A stretch of DNA of 64,000 bases from Actinomycetota bacterium (GTDB lineage: Bacteria > Actinomycetota > UBA4738), in assembly GCA_036406615.1 (NCBI GenBank), contig DASXAQ010000127.1, forward strand, positions 8,309-72,308, read 5' to 3'. Below the pieces are notes generated by a model. That model was not told the origin of the DNA. It searched no databases and saw only the letters and a program-made list of their open reading frames with translations. The position numbers and the translations under genes are program-made. Positions 36,726 through 46,137 of this stretch are shown piece after piece. The stretch's first letter is position 1. Every line of letters begins with the position of its first letter.

Positions 36726-36867
36726 GCGGTTTCCCCAGTCCAGCGGCCTCGGATTCGGCTAAGTCTACGGTCCGCCGTGAGGCCGCCCAAGCGGACGCCG
36801 TTGCCTTTGCGTGGAGAACCCGGTACCGGCCGCGGCCCGGCACCTGGTTGACGTTCGCCGGCCGGGC

Positions 36868-36903
36868 ATATATCGTCCCGATATATAGATTCGATATATC
36901 GAA
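36868..36903. promoter_or_regulatory. two AT-rich palindromic operators upstream of padR (likely PadR autoregulatory sites)
   Basis: IR1 is ATATATCG-tcc-CGATATAT (36868-36886). IR2 is the perfect 14-bp palindrome TTCGATATATCGAA (36890-36903). They lie 36-70 nt upstream of the PadR start and form an AT island in a 72% GC context. Confidence 0.6.
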
Positions 36904-36938
36904 CCGATACCCGGACGACGGGAAGGATACACGACCGA

Positions 36939-37544
36939 ATGCTCGAGCTGGCGATCCTGGGGCTCCTCAAGGAGCGATCCATGCACGGCTACCAGCTGAA
37001 GAAGCGCCTGGCCGAGACCCTCGGCAGCTTCTGGCAGGTGTCGTACGGGTCGCTGTACCCGGCGCTGCGCCGCCTGCAGCGCGAGGGCGCGGTCGAGATG
37101 ATCTTCCCGAAGGAGGACGTCGGCCGGCGCAAGAACGTCTACCGGATCACCGAGCAGGGCGAGGCGCTGTTCCGCGACCTGCTCGACTCCGCCGGCGAGG
37201 ACGCGGCCGCCGACAACGGCTTCTCCGTGCGGTTCGCCTTCTTCAAGTACCTCAAGCCCGAGACGCGCATCCGTCTGCTGGAGCGCCGGCGCGCGTTCCT
37301 GCAGCGCCGGTCGTCGGACCTGGAGCGGTCGCTCGCGAGCTACCGCGAGCGCGTCGACGGGTACACGATCTCGCTGATGAACCACCAGCTCGCAGCCACG
37401 GAGAACGACATCCGCTGGCTGGACGAGCTCATCCGGACCGAGGAGCGCCAGGCGGCGCCCGCGCCGCGCCGGCGCCGGACCCGGATCGCACGAAGCGTCA
37501 CCGAACCACTGACCGATCCACTGTCGGAGAAGGAGCGGGCATGA
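36939..37544 (+). CDS. PadR-family transcriptional regulator
   Basis: 201 aa, [50 protein letters not shown] is a PadR winged-helix. It is the upstream partner of ino1, as Rv0047c-ino1 is in mycobacteria. The track ORF 36713..38686 fuses this gene and ino1. Confidence 0.85.
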   Translation: MLELAILGLLKERSMHGYQLKKRLAETLGSFWQVSYGSLYPALRRLQREGAVEMIFPKEDVGRRKNVYRITEQGEALFRDLLDSAGEDAAADNGFSVRFAFFKYLKPETRIRLLERRRAFLQRRSSDLERSLASYRERVDGYTISLMNHQLAATENDIRWLDELIRTEERQAAPAPRRRRTRIARSVTEPLTDPLSEKERA

Positions 37545-38686
37545 TGTCGAGCAACACGATCAGGCTTGCCATCGTGGGCGTGGGCAACTGCGCGTCCGCG
37601 CTGGTGCAGGGCCTCGAGTTCTACCGGGATGCCGACCCGGCCGAGCGGGTTCCCGGCCTGATGCACGTCAAGCTCGGCCCGTATCACGTCTCGGACGTGC
37701 AGGTCGTGGCCGCGTTCGACGTCGACGGCAAGAAGGTCGGCCGCGACGTCTCCGAGGCCATCGTCGCCGAGCCGAACAACACGATCCGCTTCGCCGACGT
37801 GCCGCCGACCGGCGTCACGGTGCAGCGCGGGCCGACCCTGGACGGACTCGGCGAGTACTACCGCGAGGAGATCGTGGAATCCTCCGAGCCCGTCGTGGAC
37901 GTCGCCCAGGCGCTTCGCGAGGCCCGCGTCGACGTCGTCGTGAACTACCTGCCGGTCGGGAGCGAACAGGCGGCGCACCATTACGCACAGGCCGCCATCG
38001 ACGCCGGAGCCGGGTTCGTCAACTGCATGCCGGTGTTCATCGCCTCCAGGCAGGAATGGGCGCGCAAGTTCGTCGACGCCGGCCTGCCGATCGTGGGCGA
38101 CGACATCAAGAGCCAGGTTGGCGCGACCATCGTGCATCGCGTGCTCGCCAAACTGTTCGAGGACCGCGGGGTGAAGCTGGACCACACGTCGCAGCTGAAC
38201 TTCGGCGGGAACATGGACTTCATGAACATGCTCGAGCGCCAGCGGCTCACGTCGAAGAAGATCTCGAAGACGCAGTCGGTCACCAGCCAGCTGCGCGAGG
38301 GCATCGAGAAGTCGGACATCCACATCGGGCCGTCGGACCACGTGCCCTGGCTGAAGGACCGCAAGTGGGCCCACATCCGGCTGGAGGGCACGGAGTTCGG
38401 CAACGTGCCGATGAGCGTGGAGCTGAAGCTCGAGGTGTGGGACTCGCCGAACTCGGCCGGCATCGTCATCGACGCCGTTCGCGCCTGCAAGCTGGCGAAG
38501 GACCGCGGGGTGTCCGGCCCGCTGATCGGTCCGAGCGCGTACATGATGAAGTCGCCGCCGGTCCAGTTCTCCGACGACGCGGCGCGCGAGATGGTCGAGG
38601 AGTTCGTCCTGGGGAACGGGGCGTCGAAGGCGGCGGACTGGTCCGCATTCTTCGATACGCAGGCCCCGGCCGAGTCCGCCAGGTAG
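37541..38686 (+). CDS. ino1: myo-inositol-1-phosphate synthase
   Basis: 381 aa. [24 protein letters not shown] is the NAD-binding N-terminus, with LNFGGNMDF and further conserved MIPS core. ATG 37541 overlaps the padR stop (ATGA). Confidence 0.9.
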   Translation: MMSSNTIRLAIVGVGNCASALVQGLEFYRDADPAERVPGLMHVKLGPYHVSDVQVVAAFDVDGKKVGRDVSEAIVAEPNNTIRFADVPPTGVTVQRGPTLDGLGEYYREEIVESSEPVVDVAQALREARVDVVVNYLPVGSEQAAHHYAQAAIDAGAGFVNCMPVFIASRQEWARKFVDAGLPIVGDDIKSQVGATIVHRVLAKLFEDRGVKLDHTSQLNFGGNMDFMNMLERQRLTSKKISKTQSVTSQLREGIEKSDIHIGPSDHVPWLKDRKWAHIRLEGTEFGNVPMSVELKLEVWDSPNSAGIVIDAVRACKLAKDRGVSGPLIGPSAYMMKSPPVQFSDDAAREMVEEFVLGNGASKAADWSAFFDTQAPAESAR

Positions 38687-38920
38687 GCCCCGACGTCAGA
38701 GGGGACGCTCGGGCGGGCTCGAGCCGCCCTTCGGTCCCGGGACTTCGGCTTCCTGCTGGGCGGCCGCCTCGTCTCCCAGTGCGCCGACGGCGTCTTCCAG
38801 GCGTTCCTGATCGACCGCCTGGTCTTCCTGGCGCCGGACAACCAGGGCACGGCGATCGGGATCGCGGCCGCGAGCGCCCTGCTCGTCATCCCCTACTCCG
38901 TCGTCGGGCCGCTGGCCGGC

Positions 38921-40171
38921 GTGTTCATCGACCGGTGGTCGCGGCGGCGGATCCTGCAGTGGACGCCCGTCGTGCGCGCCGCGATGGCCGTCGTGACGCT
39001 GCTGGCCGGTCACGCGAGCGCGGCGCTGTACGGCCCCGCGATCGTCATCGTGTCCCTCAACCGCTTCTACCTGACGACGGCCTCCGCGGTGATGCCGGCC
39101 GTCGTCCCCGACGAGGACCTGCTGGTCGCCAACTCCATGGCCGCGGCGACGGGGACGCTCGTCACCTTCCTCGGGCTGCTCGCGGCGACCCAGGCCGCGC
39201 ACGCCCTGGGCACGGGCGGGCTGCTCGCCCTGTCGGCCGCGGGATGGCTGCTGTCCGTGTGGCCGATCACGGCCATCCGCGATCCGCTGGCCACCTCGAT
39301 CCCGCGGGCGCCCGCCGGCGAGGAGCTTCGCCGCGTCGTCCCGGACACGGTGGACGGCGCACGCCGGCTGGGCGCGACCCCGCCGGCGGTCGGCGGCGTG
39401 GCCACCATGACTCTCGACCAGCTGCTGTTCGGCGTCGTCACGGCGCTGTCGATCGTCGTGTTCAAGCGCGAGTTCAGCGGCGGCATCGCGTCGTACGGGC
39501 GGATCATCGGCGCTGGCGGCCTCGGGGTGCTCATCGGGACGGTCACCGTCGGTGCGTTCGAACCGCGATGGACCCGGCCGCGGATCGTGGCGTTGGCCTT
39601 CGCGCTCGGCGGCGTGGTGTGCCTGGCCGCGTCGGCCTCGATCACCGCCCCGAGCGTGCTCTTCGTGTCGCTCACCATCGGGCTGATCTACCCGTGGAAG
39701 AAGGTGCCCGTGGACACGATCGTGCAGGAGGCGATCCCGGACCGCTACCGCGGGCGCGCGTTCGCGCTGTACGACCTGGGGTTCGCGCTGGCGCGCGTGG
39801 TGGGCGCCGTGATCCTGGCGGCCGTCGTGGACCACGCCTCGGCGTCGCTGATCCTGGCGGTCGTGGGCGCCGTCTCGCTGGTGTGGACGCCCGTGCTTCC
39901 GTGGTGGTCGCGGCGGCCGGCCCGGGTCGGCCTGCGATTCTACGCGGGCGCCCGCGGGCAGGAGGTGCCGCGTGAGATCGTCGTGGGCGGCCGCGCCGAG
40001 CCCGTCAGCGTCATGGGCTCGTGGGACGAGGAGCGCTCGGGCGTGCGGGTTCGCCGGTTCCGGCTGCGAACGCGCGACGCGATCGTCGACGTGGTGGGTT
40101 CGGGCGACGGCCCGTGGACGGTGGAGCACGAACGCTGGGACGCGCGCGCGACCGAAGGGGAGACGACATGA
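38921..40171 (+). CDS. MFS transporter; the conserved N-terminal ~65 aa are encoded upstream (38690-38920) without a canonical start codon
   Basis: The track ORF starts at GTG 38921 (MFIDRWSRRRIL...). The same frame continues upstream, straight after the ino1 stop, as APTSEGTLGRARAALRSRDFGFLLGGRLVSQCADGVFQAFLIDRLVFLAPDNQGTAIGIAAASALLVIPYSVVGPLAG. That is the typical MFS TM1-TM2 region, with no ATG/GTG/TTG in it. Confidence 0.7.
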   Translation: MFIDRWSRRRILQWTPVVRAAMAVVTLLAGHASAALYGPAIVIVSLNRFYLTTASAVMPAVVPDEDLLVANSMAAATGTLVTFLGLLAATQAAHALGTGGLLALSAAGWLLSVWPITAIRDPLATSIPRAPAGEELRRVVPDTVDGARRLGATPPAVGGVATMTLDQLLFGVVTALSIVVFKREFSGGIASYGRIIGAGGLGVLIGTVTVGAFEPRWTRPRIVALAFALGGVVCLAASASITAPSVLFVSLTIGLIYPWKKVPVDTIVQEAIPDRYRGRAFALYDLGFALARVVGAVILAAVVDHASASLILAVVGAVSLVWTPVLPWWSRRPARVGLRFYAGARGQEVPREIVVGGRAEPVSVMGSWDEERSGVRVRRFRLRTRDAIVDVVGSGDGPWTVEHERWDARATEGETT

Positions 40172-40824
40172 GGCGAGGCCGCGGGATGATCGAGGACGAG
40201 AAGGCGCTCGACCGCATCGTGTTCTTCAGCGACGCGATCTTCGCCATCGCCATGACGCTGCTGGTCCTGGATCTGCGGGTGCCGATCCTGCCGTCCGGGC
40301 TTACTGACGCGGAACGCACCCACCAGCTCTCCTCCGCCCTGGAGCGCCTGGCGCCGTCCATGTTCAGCTTCGCCCTGAGCTTCTTCGTGATCGGGCTGCT
40401 GTGGATGACACACCACCGCAAGTTCCGGCTGATCCGGCGCTACGACGACGGGCTGATCTGGCTCAACCTGGCGTTCCTGTTCTGCATCGCGTTCCTGCCG
40501 TTCCCGACGGCGGTCCTCGGCCGCGACGGCGGGCTGGTCGGGACGGTCCTCTACGCCATCAGCATCACCGTGACCGGCGTGTTCTCCGCGCTGATCACGG
40601 TGTCCGCGTACCGGCGGCACCGCCTGATCGACGAGGACATCGACGCCGCGTCGATCCGGCACTGGATGCGACGCACCGCGGTGGTGCCGGTCGTGTTCGC
40701 CATCAGCATCCCCATCGCCTTCGCCTCCCCCGAGGCCGCGCGGTGGACGTGGGCGCTGGCGTTCGTCCTCAGCTCATCGCTCGAGTTCACCCGCCGTCGC
40801 GCGGGCATGCAGGCCGAAGGATAA
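40168..40824 (+). CDS. TMEM175/DUF1211-family putative K+ channel
   Basis: 218 aa from ATG 40168, which overlaps the MFS stop (ATGA). DRIVFFSDAIFAIAMTLLVLDLRVP...FFVIGLLWMTHHRKF is the TMEM175 signature (6 TM). Confidence 0.75.
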   Translation: MRRGRGMIEDEKALDRIVFFSDAIFAIAMTLLVLDLRVPILPSGLTDAERTHQLSSALERLAPSMFSFALSFFVIGLLWMTHHRKFRLIRRYDDGLIWLNLAFLFCIAFLPFPTAVLGRDGGLVGTVLYAISITVTGVFSALITVSAYRRHRLIDEDIDAASIRHWMRRTAVVPVVFAISIPIAFASPEAARWTWALAFVLSSSLEFTRRRAGMQAEG

Positions 40825-40854
40825 GCGGGACACCGAGGACGTCGCCGCCGGCGA

Positions 40855-41340
40855 TCAGACCGGACCGAATCGCGCGGCCGGCCAGTATCGAAACGCGACC
40901 ACCCCACGAACGCACGCCCGCGGCACGGCGCCGAAGGAGCGGCTGTCGGTGCTGGCCTCCGCCCGGTCCCCGACCAGCCACAGCTCGTCCGGCCCGAGCG
41001 TTCGACCCTCCACAACGTCCCCCGGCAGGCCGGCGACGCGTTTGACGAGCTCGAAGCCCGGGCGATCCGGGTGCTCGGCGACCACGATGGACCCGAGGCC
41101 GACGCGCGCGGCGCCGAGGACGACCAGCCAGTCTCCGGGCTCCAACGCCGGGGCCATGCTGCCACCCTCGACGGCCAGTCGGAACGCGTCGGCGCGACGC
41201 AATGCGGCCATGGCGACGGCGGCGATGCCTGCCGCCGCCACCGCGGCGCGCGCCGGCGCCGACCCGCGCCGCCGCCTCGCCGCGCGGGGCCGGCGTCGAA
41301 TCCCTGCGTTTCGGGCGCCGTGATAGGTTTGGGAACGCAT
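40855..41340 (-). CDS. sodX: Ni-SOD maturation endopeptidase SodX (S26/signal-peptidase-like)
   Basis: VEGGSMAPALEPGDWLVV is the peptidase S24/S26 Ser motif. It has a membrane anchor and is divergent from sodN. Start is uncertain. The track start at 41379 would abut sodN; M at 41340 or 41211 is more plausible. Confidence 0.7.
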   Translation of the reverse strand: MRSQTYHGARNAGIRRRPRAARRRRGSAPARAAVAAAGIAAVAMAALRRADAFRLAVEGGSMAPALEPGDWLVVLGAARVGLGSIVVAEHPDRPGFELVKRVAGLPGDVVEGRTLGPDELWLVGDRAEASTDSRSFGAVPRACVRGVVAFRYWPAARFGPV

Positions 41341-41381
41341 CCCGATTTCCGCCGTTGCCACGGTGTCGAAAGGAGGCACGA

Positions 41382-41810
41382 ATGCTAGCGAACAAGCTGG
41401 CCGACCTGCTCAAGCCATCACGCGTCGCGCACGCGCACTGCGATCTGCCGTGCGGCATCTACGATCCCGCGCAGGCGCGGATCGAGGCGGAGTCCGTCAA
41501 GGCGGTGCAGACGCGCTACCAGGATCCCGAGAGCTTCAAGTCCAAGGGCGAGACGGTTGAGGACTACAAGGCACGCTGCCTCGTGATCAAGGAGGAGCGC
41601 GCCAACATGGTCAAGGAGCACCTCTGGGTGCTGTGGACCGACTACTTCAAGCCCGAGCACCTCGAGAAGTACCCACAGCTGCACGAGCTCTTCTGGAGCG
41701 CGACGAAGGAGGCCGGCGCCGCCAAGAAGGCGCAGGACCCGGCGCAGGGCCAGAAGCTCCTGGACGCCATCGCGGAGATCGACAAGATCTTCTGGGAGAC
41801 CAAGAAGTAG
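41382..41810 (+). CDS. sodN: nickel-containing superoxide dismutase precursor
   Basis: 142 aa: MLANKLADLLKPSRVAHA|HCDLPCGIYDPAQARIEAESVKAV... The 14-aa propeptide is followed by the Ni-hook HCDLPCGIY. A perfect RBS AAAGGAGG lies 7 nt upstream. Confidence 0.9.
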   Translation: MLANKLADLLKPSRVAHAHCDLPCGIYDPAQARIEAESVKAVQTRYQDPESFKSKGETVEDYKARCLVIKEERANMVKEHLWVLWTDYFKPEHLEKYPQLHELFWSATKEAGAAKKAQDPAQGQKLLDAIAEIDKIFWETKK

Positions 41811-41813
41811 CGT

Positions 41814-43220
41814 TCAGCCCGCGGCGTCCGCGTCCTTCCGCCCGCGCCACCACTCGTCGAGCGCGCGAAGCGCGTCCGCCTCGTCCATGGGGCCGCGCTC
41901 CATGCGCAGCTCCAGAAGGAACGCGAGCGCGTCGCCCACGTCGCGGCCGGGACCGATGCTCAGGTGCTCCATGACCTGATTGCCGTCCAGCGCAGGGCGG
42001 ATCGATTCGAGGTTCTCCTGTTCGGCCAGGCGCGCCAGTCGGAGCTCGAAGTCGTCCTGCAGCGCGGCCAGCGCCTTCGCCTTCGCCGCGTTCTGGGTGG
42101 TGCAGTCGGCGCGCACGAGCGCGTTCAGCCGGTCCAGGAGCGGCCCGGCGTCGCGGACGTAGCGCCGGAGCGCGGCGTCGCTCCACCCGTCCTTGTACGA
42201 ATGGAAGCGCAGGTGCATCTCCACGAGCTTCGCCACGTCCTCGACCACCTCGCTCGGATAGCGAAGCTCCCGCAACCGTTCGCCCGCCATGCGGGCCCCC
42301 ACCACCTCGTGGTGGTGGAACCGCACGCCCTCCTGCGTGAACGCGCGAGTCGCGGGCTTGCCGACGTCGTGCAACAGGGCCGCCAGGCGCAGGCGCAGGT
42401 CCGGTTCGCATCCCTCGACGACCGCCATGGTGTGCGCGAGCACGTCCTTGTGCCGATGGACGGGATCCTGCTCCAGCCGCAGCGCCGGCAGCTCCGGCAG
42501 GAACTGCTCCGCCAGACCCGTTTCCACCATGAGCGTCAGGCCCAGGGCCGGCCGCGGCGCGACCAGCGTCTTCGAGAGCTCCGCCTGGATCCGCTCGCGC
42601 GACACGATCTCCAGCCGTCCCGCCATCCGTCGCATCGCATCGACGACCCGCGGCGCCGGCGTCAGCTCCAGGGTGGCCGCGAACCGTGCGGCCCGCAGCA
42701 TCCGCAGCGGGTCGTCGCCGAAGGCCACTTCGGGATCCAGCGGCGTGTCCAGCACCTTGGCCGCCAGGTGGCGCACCCCGCCGAACGGGTCCACGAACGC
42801 CCGCCCCGGAACGCTCACCGCCATCGCGTTGACGGTGAAGTCGCGGCGCGACAGGTCGACCTCCAGCTCGGACGAGAACACGACCTCCGGGTGGCGGTCC
42901 CGCTCGGGGTACGCCTCCTGCCTGAACGTGGTGATCTCGATCGAACGTCCATCCTTCTTCGCGCCGATCGTGCCGAAGCGGATCCCGGTCAGGTACCGAT
43001 GGTCGGCCCAGCCCTGCAGCAGCCGAAGGACCACCTCGGGCACCGCGTCGGTCGCAAAGTCCAGGTCGCCCGGCTCCACGCCCATGATCAGGTTGCGCAC
43101 GCTGCCGCCGACCAGATACAGGACGTGTCCGGCCGCTTCGAGGCGTGCGCCCAGCTCGATGGCCAGCGGATCGACGTCGAGGAGGGCGCGCGCGGAGGCA
43201 TCGTCGTCGCGCGAGGGCAT
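41814..43220 (-). CDS. cca: CCA-adding tRNA nucleotidyltransferase with HD domain
   Basis: 468 aa from ATG 43220 (MPSRDDDASARALLDVDPLAIELGARLEAAGHVLYLVGGSVRN...). Shows the PolyA_pol head GGSVRN...DLDF and HD motif LLHDVGK. The upstream 430 aa of track ORF 41814..44510 is an artefact. Confidence 0.9.
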   Translation of the reverse strand: MPSRDDDASARALLDVDPLAIELGARLEAAGHVLYLVGGSVRNLIMGVEPGDLDFATDAVPEVVLRLLQGWADHRYLTGIRFGTIGAKKDGRSIEITTFRQEAYPERDRHPEVVFSSELEVDLSRRDFTVNAMAVSVPGRAFVDPFGGVRHLAAKVLDTPLDPEVAFGDDPLRMLRAARFAATLELTPAPRVVDAMRRMAGRLEIVSRERIQAELSKTLVAPRPALGLTLMVETGLAEQFLPELPALRLEQDPVHRHKDVLAHTMAVVEGCEPDLRLRLAALLHDVGKPATRAFTQEGVRFHHHEVVGARMAGERLRELRYPSEVVEDVAKLVEMHLRFHSYKDGWSDAALRRYVRDAGPLLDRLNALVRADCTTQNAAKAKALAALQDDFELRLARLAEQENLESIRPALDGNQVMEHLSIGPGRDVGDALAFLLELRMERGPMDEADALRALDEWWRGRKDADAAG

Positions 43221-43287
43221 GGCGTTCCCGAGGATACCCTCTGGGATACTGCGGCCGTGGCGGCCCTTCCCGGTTCGTGAGCGAACG

Positions 43288-44076
43288 GTGACCGCGTCGG
43301 GTCCCTCCGTCTGGCTCGTGGTGCTGGGCATCGCGACCGGGTTCGTCGCCGGTGCGGTCAGCGGCGCGTTCGGCGTCGGCGGCGCGATCCTGACCACGCC
43401 GGCGACGCAGGTCGTGCTCGGGCAGCCGCCGCTCGTCGCCGTCGGCACGCCGCTGCCGGCCGTCCTGCCGACCGCGTTGTCCGGCATGCAGGCGTACCGG
43501 CGCGCGGGGCAACTCGACTTCCGCGCCGTGCGATGGGCGGCGCTTCCGGGCGCGGCCGGCGCCGCGGCGGGCGCGGCCCTCACCGGTGTCATCGACGCCC
43601 ACATCCTGCTGCTGGCCACCGCGGCCCTCATCGCCTGGCAGGCGATCCGGGTCGGCCGTGGCGCCGGTGCGCGCGATCCCGACCAGCCGGAGGCGCGGCC
43701 CTCCCGCGGCGCGCTGGCGGCCACCGGCGTGGTGGCCGGGCTCGCGTCCGGCCTGCTCGGGATCGGCGGGGGCGTCGTCCTGGTCCCGGTGATGACCGGC
43801 GTCCTGCACATGCCGCTGAAGCGGGTGCTCGGCACGTCGCTGGTGATCATCGCCGTGATGGTCGTTCCGGGCACGATCGTGCACGCGGCGCTCGGCCACA
43901 TCAACTGGGCGGTCTGCCTGTGGCTGTCGATCGGCTCGATCCCCGGCGCGATCGTCGGTTCGAGATGGACGGTGCGGGTGAAGGAGCGAACCCTTCGGCT
44001 CGCGGTCGCCGTGCTCCTGTCCGCCGTGTCCATCGCGTACGGCGCCTTCGAGATCCACGCGCTGGTCGCCGGCTGA
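43288..44076 (+). CDS. TauE/SafE family sulfite/anion exporter
   Basis: 262 aa from GTG 43288 within ORF 42289..44076. Two 4-TM repeats each carry GxGGG (GAFGVGGAILTTP; GLLGIGGGVVLVP). Confidence 0.8.
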   Translation: MTASGPSVWLVVLGIATGFVAGAVSGAFGVGGAILTTPATQVVLGQPPLVAVGTPLPAVLPTALSGMQAYRRAGQLDFRAVRWAALPGAAGAAAGAALTGVIDAHILLLATAALIAWQAIRVGRGAGARDPDQPEARPSRGALAATGVVAGLASGLLGIGGGVVLVPVMTGVLHMPLKRVLGTSLVIIAVMVVPGTIVHAALGHINWAVCLWLSIGSIPGAIVGSRWTVRVKERTLRLAVAVLLSAVSIAYGAFEIHALVAG

Positions 44077-44124
44077 ACGCCTCGGCGGGCCCTCGGAGCG
44101 CGGCGCCTAGAATGGCGCAGCCGC

Positions 44125-46137
44125 ATGCGACGTCTCGCTCCCATCCTGCTCTCACTCCTGCTGGTCGCGTCGAGTTCCGCCCTTGCGACCCGGGCGGAGG
44201 CGGCAACCGCGTCGGCGAGCCTGACGCTGCTGGCCCAGTCCCCCTGGAACGGCCCGACTCGGCCCCTGGTCCTGAAGGTGCGCGCCGAGAACAGCTCGTC
44301 CGAACCGCTAACCGACCTGTCGCTCTCGCTCACCGTGTTCGGTCCGCCGATCGGGCGCATCGAATACGACCAGAGCATGAAGAACGACGTGACCAGCCTG
44401 ACCGGCGTCAGCGGCGCGTTCGTCGAGCCGGGCGTCATCCCCGTGGGCGGGGTTCGCACGTTCACCCTGCGCCTGCCGGTCGCCACCCTGGAGGCGCTGG
44501 GAGGAAGCAACCTCTACCCGATCCGTGTCGACCTCCGCTCCGGCGCCAGTCTCGAAGTCCTGGCGACCCTGCGCACGCCGATGATCTTCCTGACGCAGAC
44601 GCCCGCGGCCACGATGGACCTTTGCTGGACGTGGGCGCTCTCCGAGCCGCTGCAGCTGGGACCCGACGGGGTCTTCCAGGCCGGACCCATCGAGCGCGAC
44701 ATCTCGCCGGCCGGCCGGCTCTCCCAGCAGGTCCAGGCGCTGCTGCGCGCGAGGAGACCCGCCGACGTGGCCGTCTCCTCCGTCCTGCTGCAGGAGCTGG
44801 AGCTGATGTCGCAGGGCTACCGGGTCCGCCGCGGCAGCACCGTGGTCACCGTCCCGAAGGGCAGCGGCGGCGCGGCGGATGCCGAAGCGCTGCTCGCGTC
44901 GCTTCGTGAGCTGGCGGCGGAATCACGGATCGACCTGTCCCCCAGCCCCTTCGCCGACCCGAGCGTGCCGGCCCTCGTCAACGGCGGCCTGGGCGCGGAC
45001 GTCCGAACCCTGCTCCAGCGCGGCCGCGACGAGGCCCGGCGGATTCTGCAGTCCGGGATGTCCGACACGGTGCTTCGCCCACCGGGATCGCAGGTGGACC
45101 AGGCGTCGATCGCCCGGCTGGCGCGATCGGGGATCTCGGTGCTGCTGATCGACCCGGGGCTGGTCCCGCAGCCGCCGGGCACCACGCCCACGCCGCTGCC
45201 CGTGGCCCGCATGACCGTGGGGTCCCGACCGGTCACGCTGGTCCTGCCCGACACGCGGCTGGCCGCGGTCCTGGCGGCCTCGCGACAGTCCGGCCAGGAG
45301 GTGCTGGACGCGCACGTCGCGCTCGGCGAGCTGGCGACCGCCTACTTCGAGGCTCCGGCCGCCGAGGGCCGCGGGATGGCCATGGTCTTCCCCGAGAAGC
45401 CGCCGGAACAGCCGCCGTTCTTCGGCGCGTTCGCGTCCCTGGTTCGAAGCTCGCCCTGGCTTCGGCCGGTCACCGCGTCGCGGCTCGCGGCCTCGCAGAC
45501 GCCGCCGGCCGCCTCGCGACCACCCCAGAACGCGCCCTACTCGTTCTCCGCCTCGTACGTCCAACGCCTGCGGTCCGGCCGCGACGCGCTGCGGCAGTTC
45601 GCCTCCACGGTGCAGGACGAACCCGCGCTGCTCGGGCGCATGGGCGCGGACCTCCTCACCGCCGAAGGAGGAGCGGCCGCGGCGGACGAATCGGTCGGCG
45701 ACGCGTTCATCGACGCCGTGACCGCGCGCGTCGGCGACACGTTCTCGCAGATCCGTCGCGTCGGCGCCGACAAGATCACGTTGACGTCGCTTCGCGGGCT
45801 GTTCTTCGTCACGGTCCGAAACGATTCGCCGTACTCGGTCCGCGTGCTGATCAGGCTCCTGGCGCCCCGGCAGCTGGCGTTCGAGGACGCGACCAAGCCG
45901 ATCGTGATCGCCGCGCACTCGCCGCAAGTGACCTCGTTCTCCGTCCGCGCGGAGACCACCGGCCGGTTCCCGGTGCAGGTGCAGGTCCTGGCGCCGGCGG
46001 GCGAAGCGATCGCGAAAAGCCAGATGATCGTGCGCTCCACTGCCTACAATCGCGTCGCGCTGGTCCTCACGATCGGGGCGGCGCTGTTCCTCCTCTTCTG
46101 GTGGGGAAGGAGGTTCCTGCCGCGGCCGAGCTCGTGA
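44125..46137 (+). CDS. secreted/membrane-anchored conserved protein (Rv3909-like, upstream partner of murJ)
   Basis: 670 aa with a signal peptide (MRRLAPILLSLLLVASSSALATRAEA) and a C-terminal TM anchor (VALVLTIGAALFLLFWW). It sits immediately upstream of and coupled to murJ, as Rv3909-mviN is. Confidence 0.65.
   Translation: MRRLAPILLSLLLVASSSALATRAEAATASASLTLLAQSPWNGPTRPLVLKVRAENSSSEPLTDLSLSLTVFGPPIGRIEYDQSMKNDVTSLTGVSGAFVEPGVIPVGGVRTFTLRLPVATLEALGGSNLYPIRVDLRSGASLEVLATLRTPMIFLTQTPAATMDLCWTWALSEPLQLGPDGVFQAGPIERDISPAGRLSQQVQALLRARRPADVAVSSVLLQELELMSQGYRVRRGSTVVTVPKGSGGAADAEALLASLRELAAESRIDLSPSPFADPSVPALVNGGLGADVRTLLQRGRDEARRILQSGMSDTVLRPPGSQVDQASIARLARSGISVLLIDPGLVPQPPGTTPTPLPVARMTVGSRPVTLVLPDTRLAAVLAASRQSGQEVLDAHVALGELATAYFEAPAAEGRGMAMVFPEKPPEQPPFFGAFASLVRSSPWLRPVTASRLAASQTPPAASRPPQNAPYSFSASYVQRLRSGRDALRQFASTVQDEPALLGRMGADLLTAEGGAAAADESVGDAFIDAVTARVGDTFSQIRRVGADKITLTSLRGLFFVTVRNDSPYSVRVLIRLLAPRQLAFEDATKPIVIAAHSPQVTSFSVRAETTGRFPVQVQVLAPAGEAIAKSQMIVRSTAYNRVALVLTIGAALFLLFWWGRRFLPRPSS

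Noticed and set aside
36713-38686. 657-aa single ORF
   Set aside because: It is a read-through of two genes in one frame: padR (36939..37544) and ino1 (37541..38686), which share an ATGA junction. The 5' 220 nt is the promoter/operator region.
43225-43260. GGATAC...GGATAC direct repeat upstream of cca
   Set aside because: It is a short 6-mer repeat with no dyad symmetry and no supporting context. It is likely chance.
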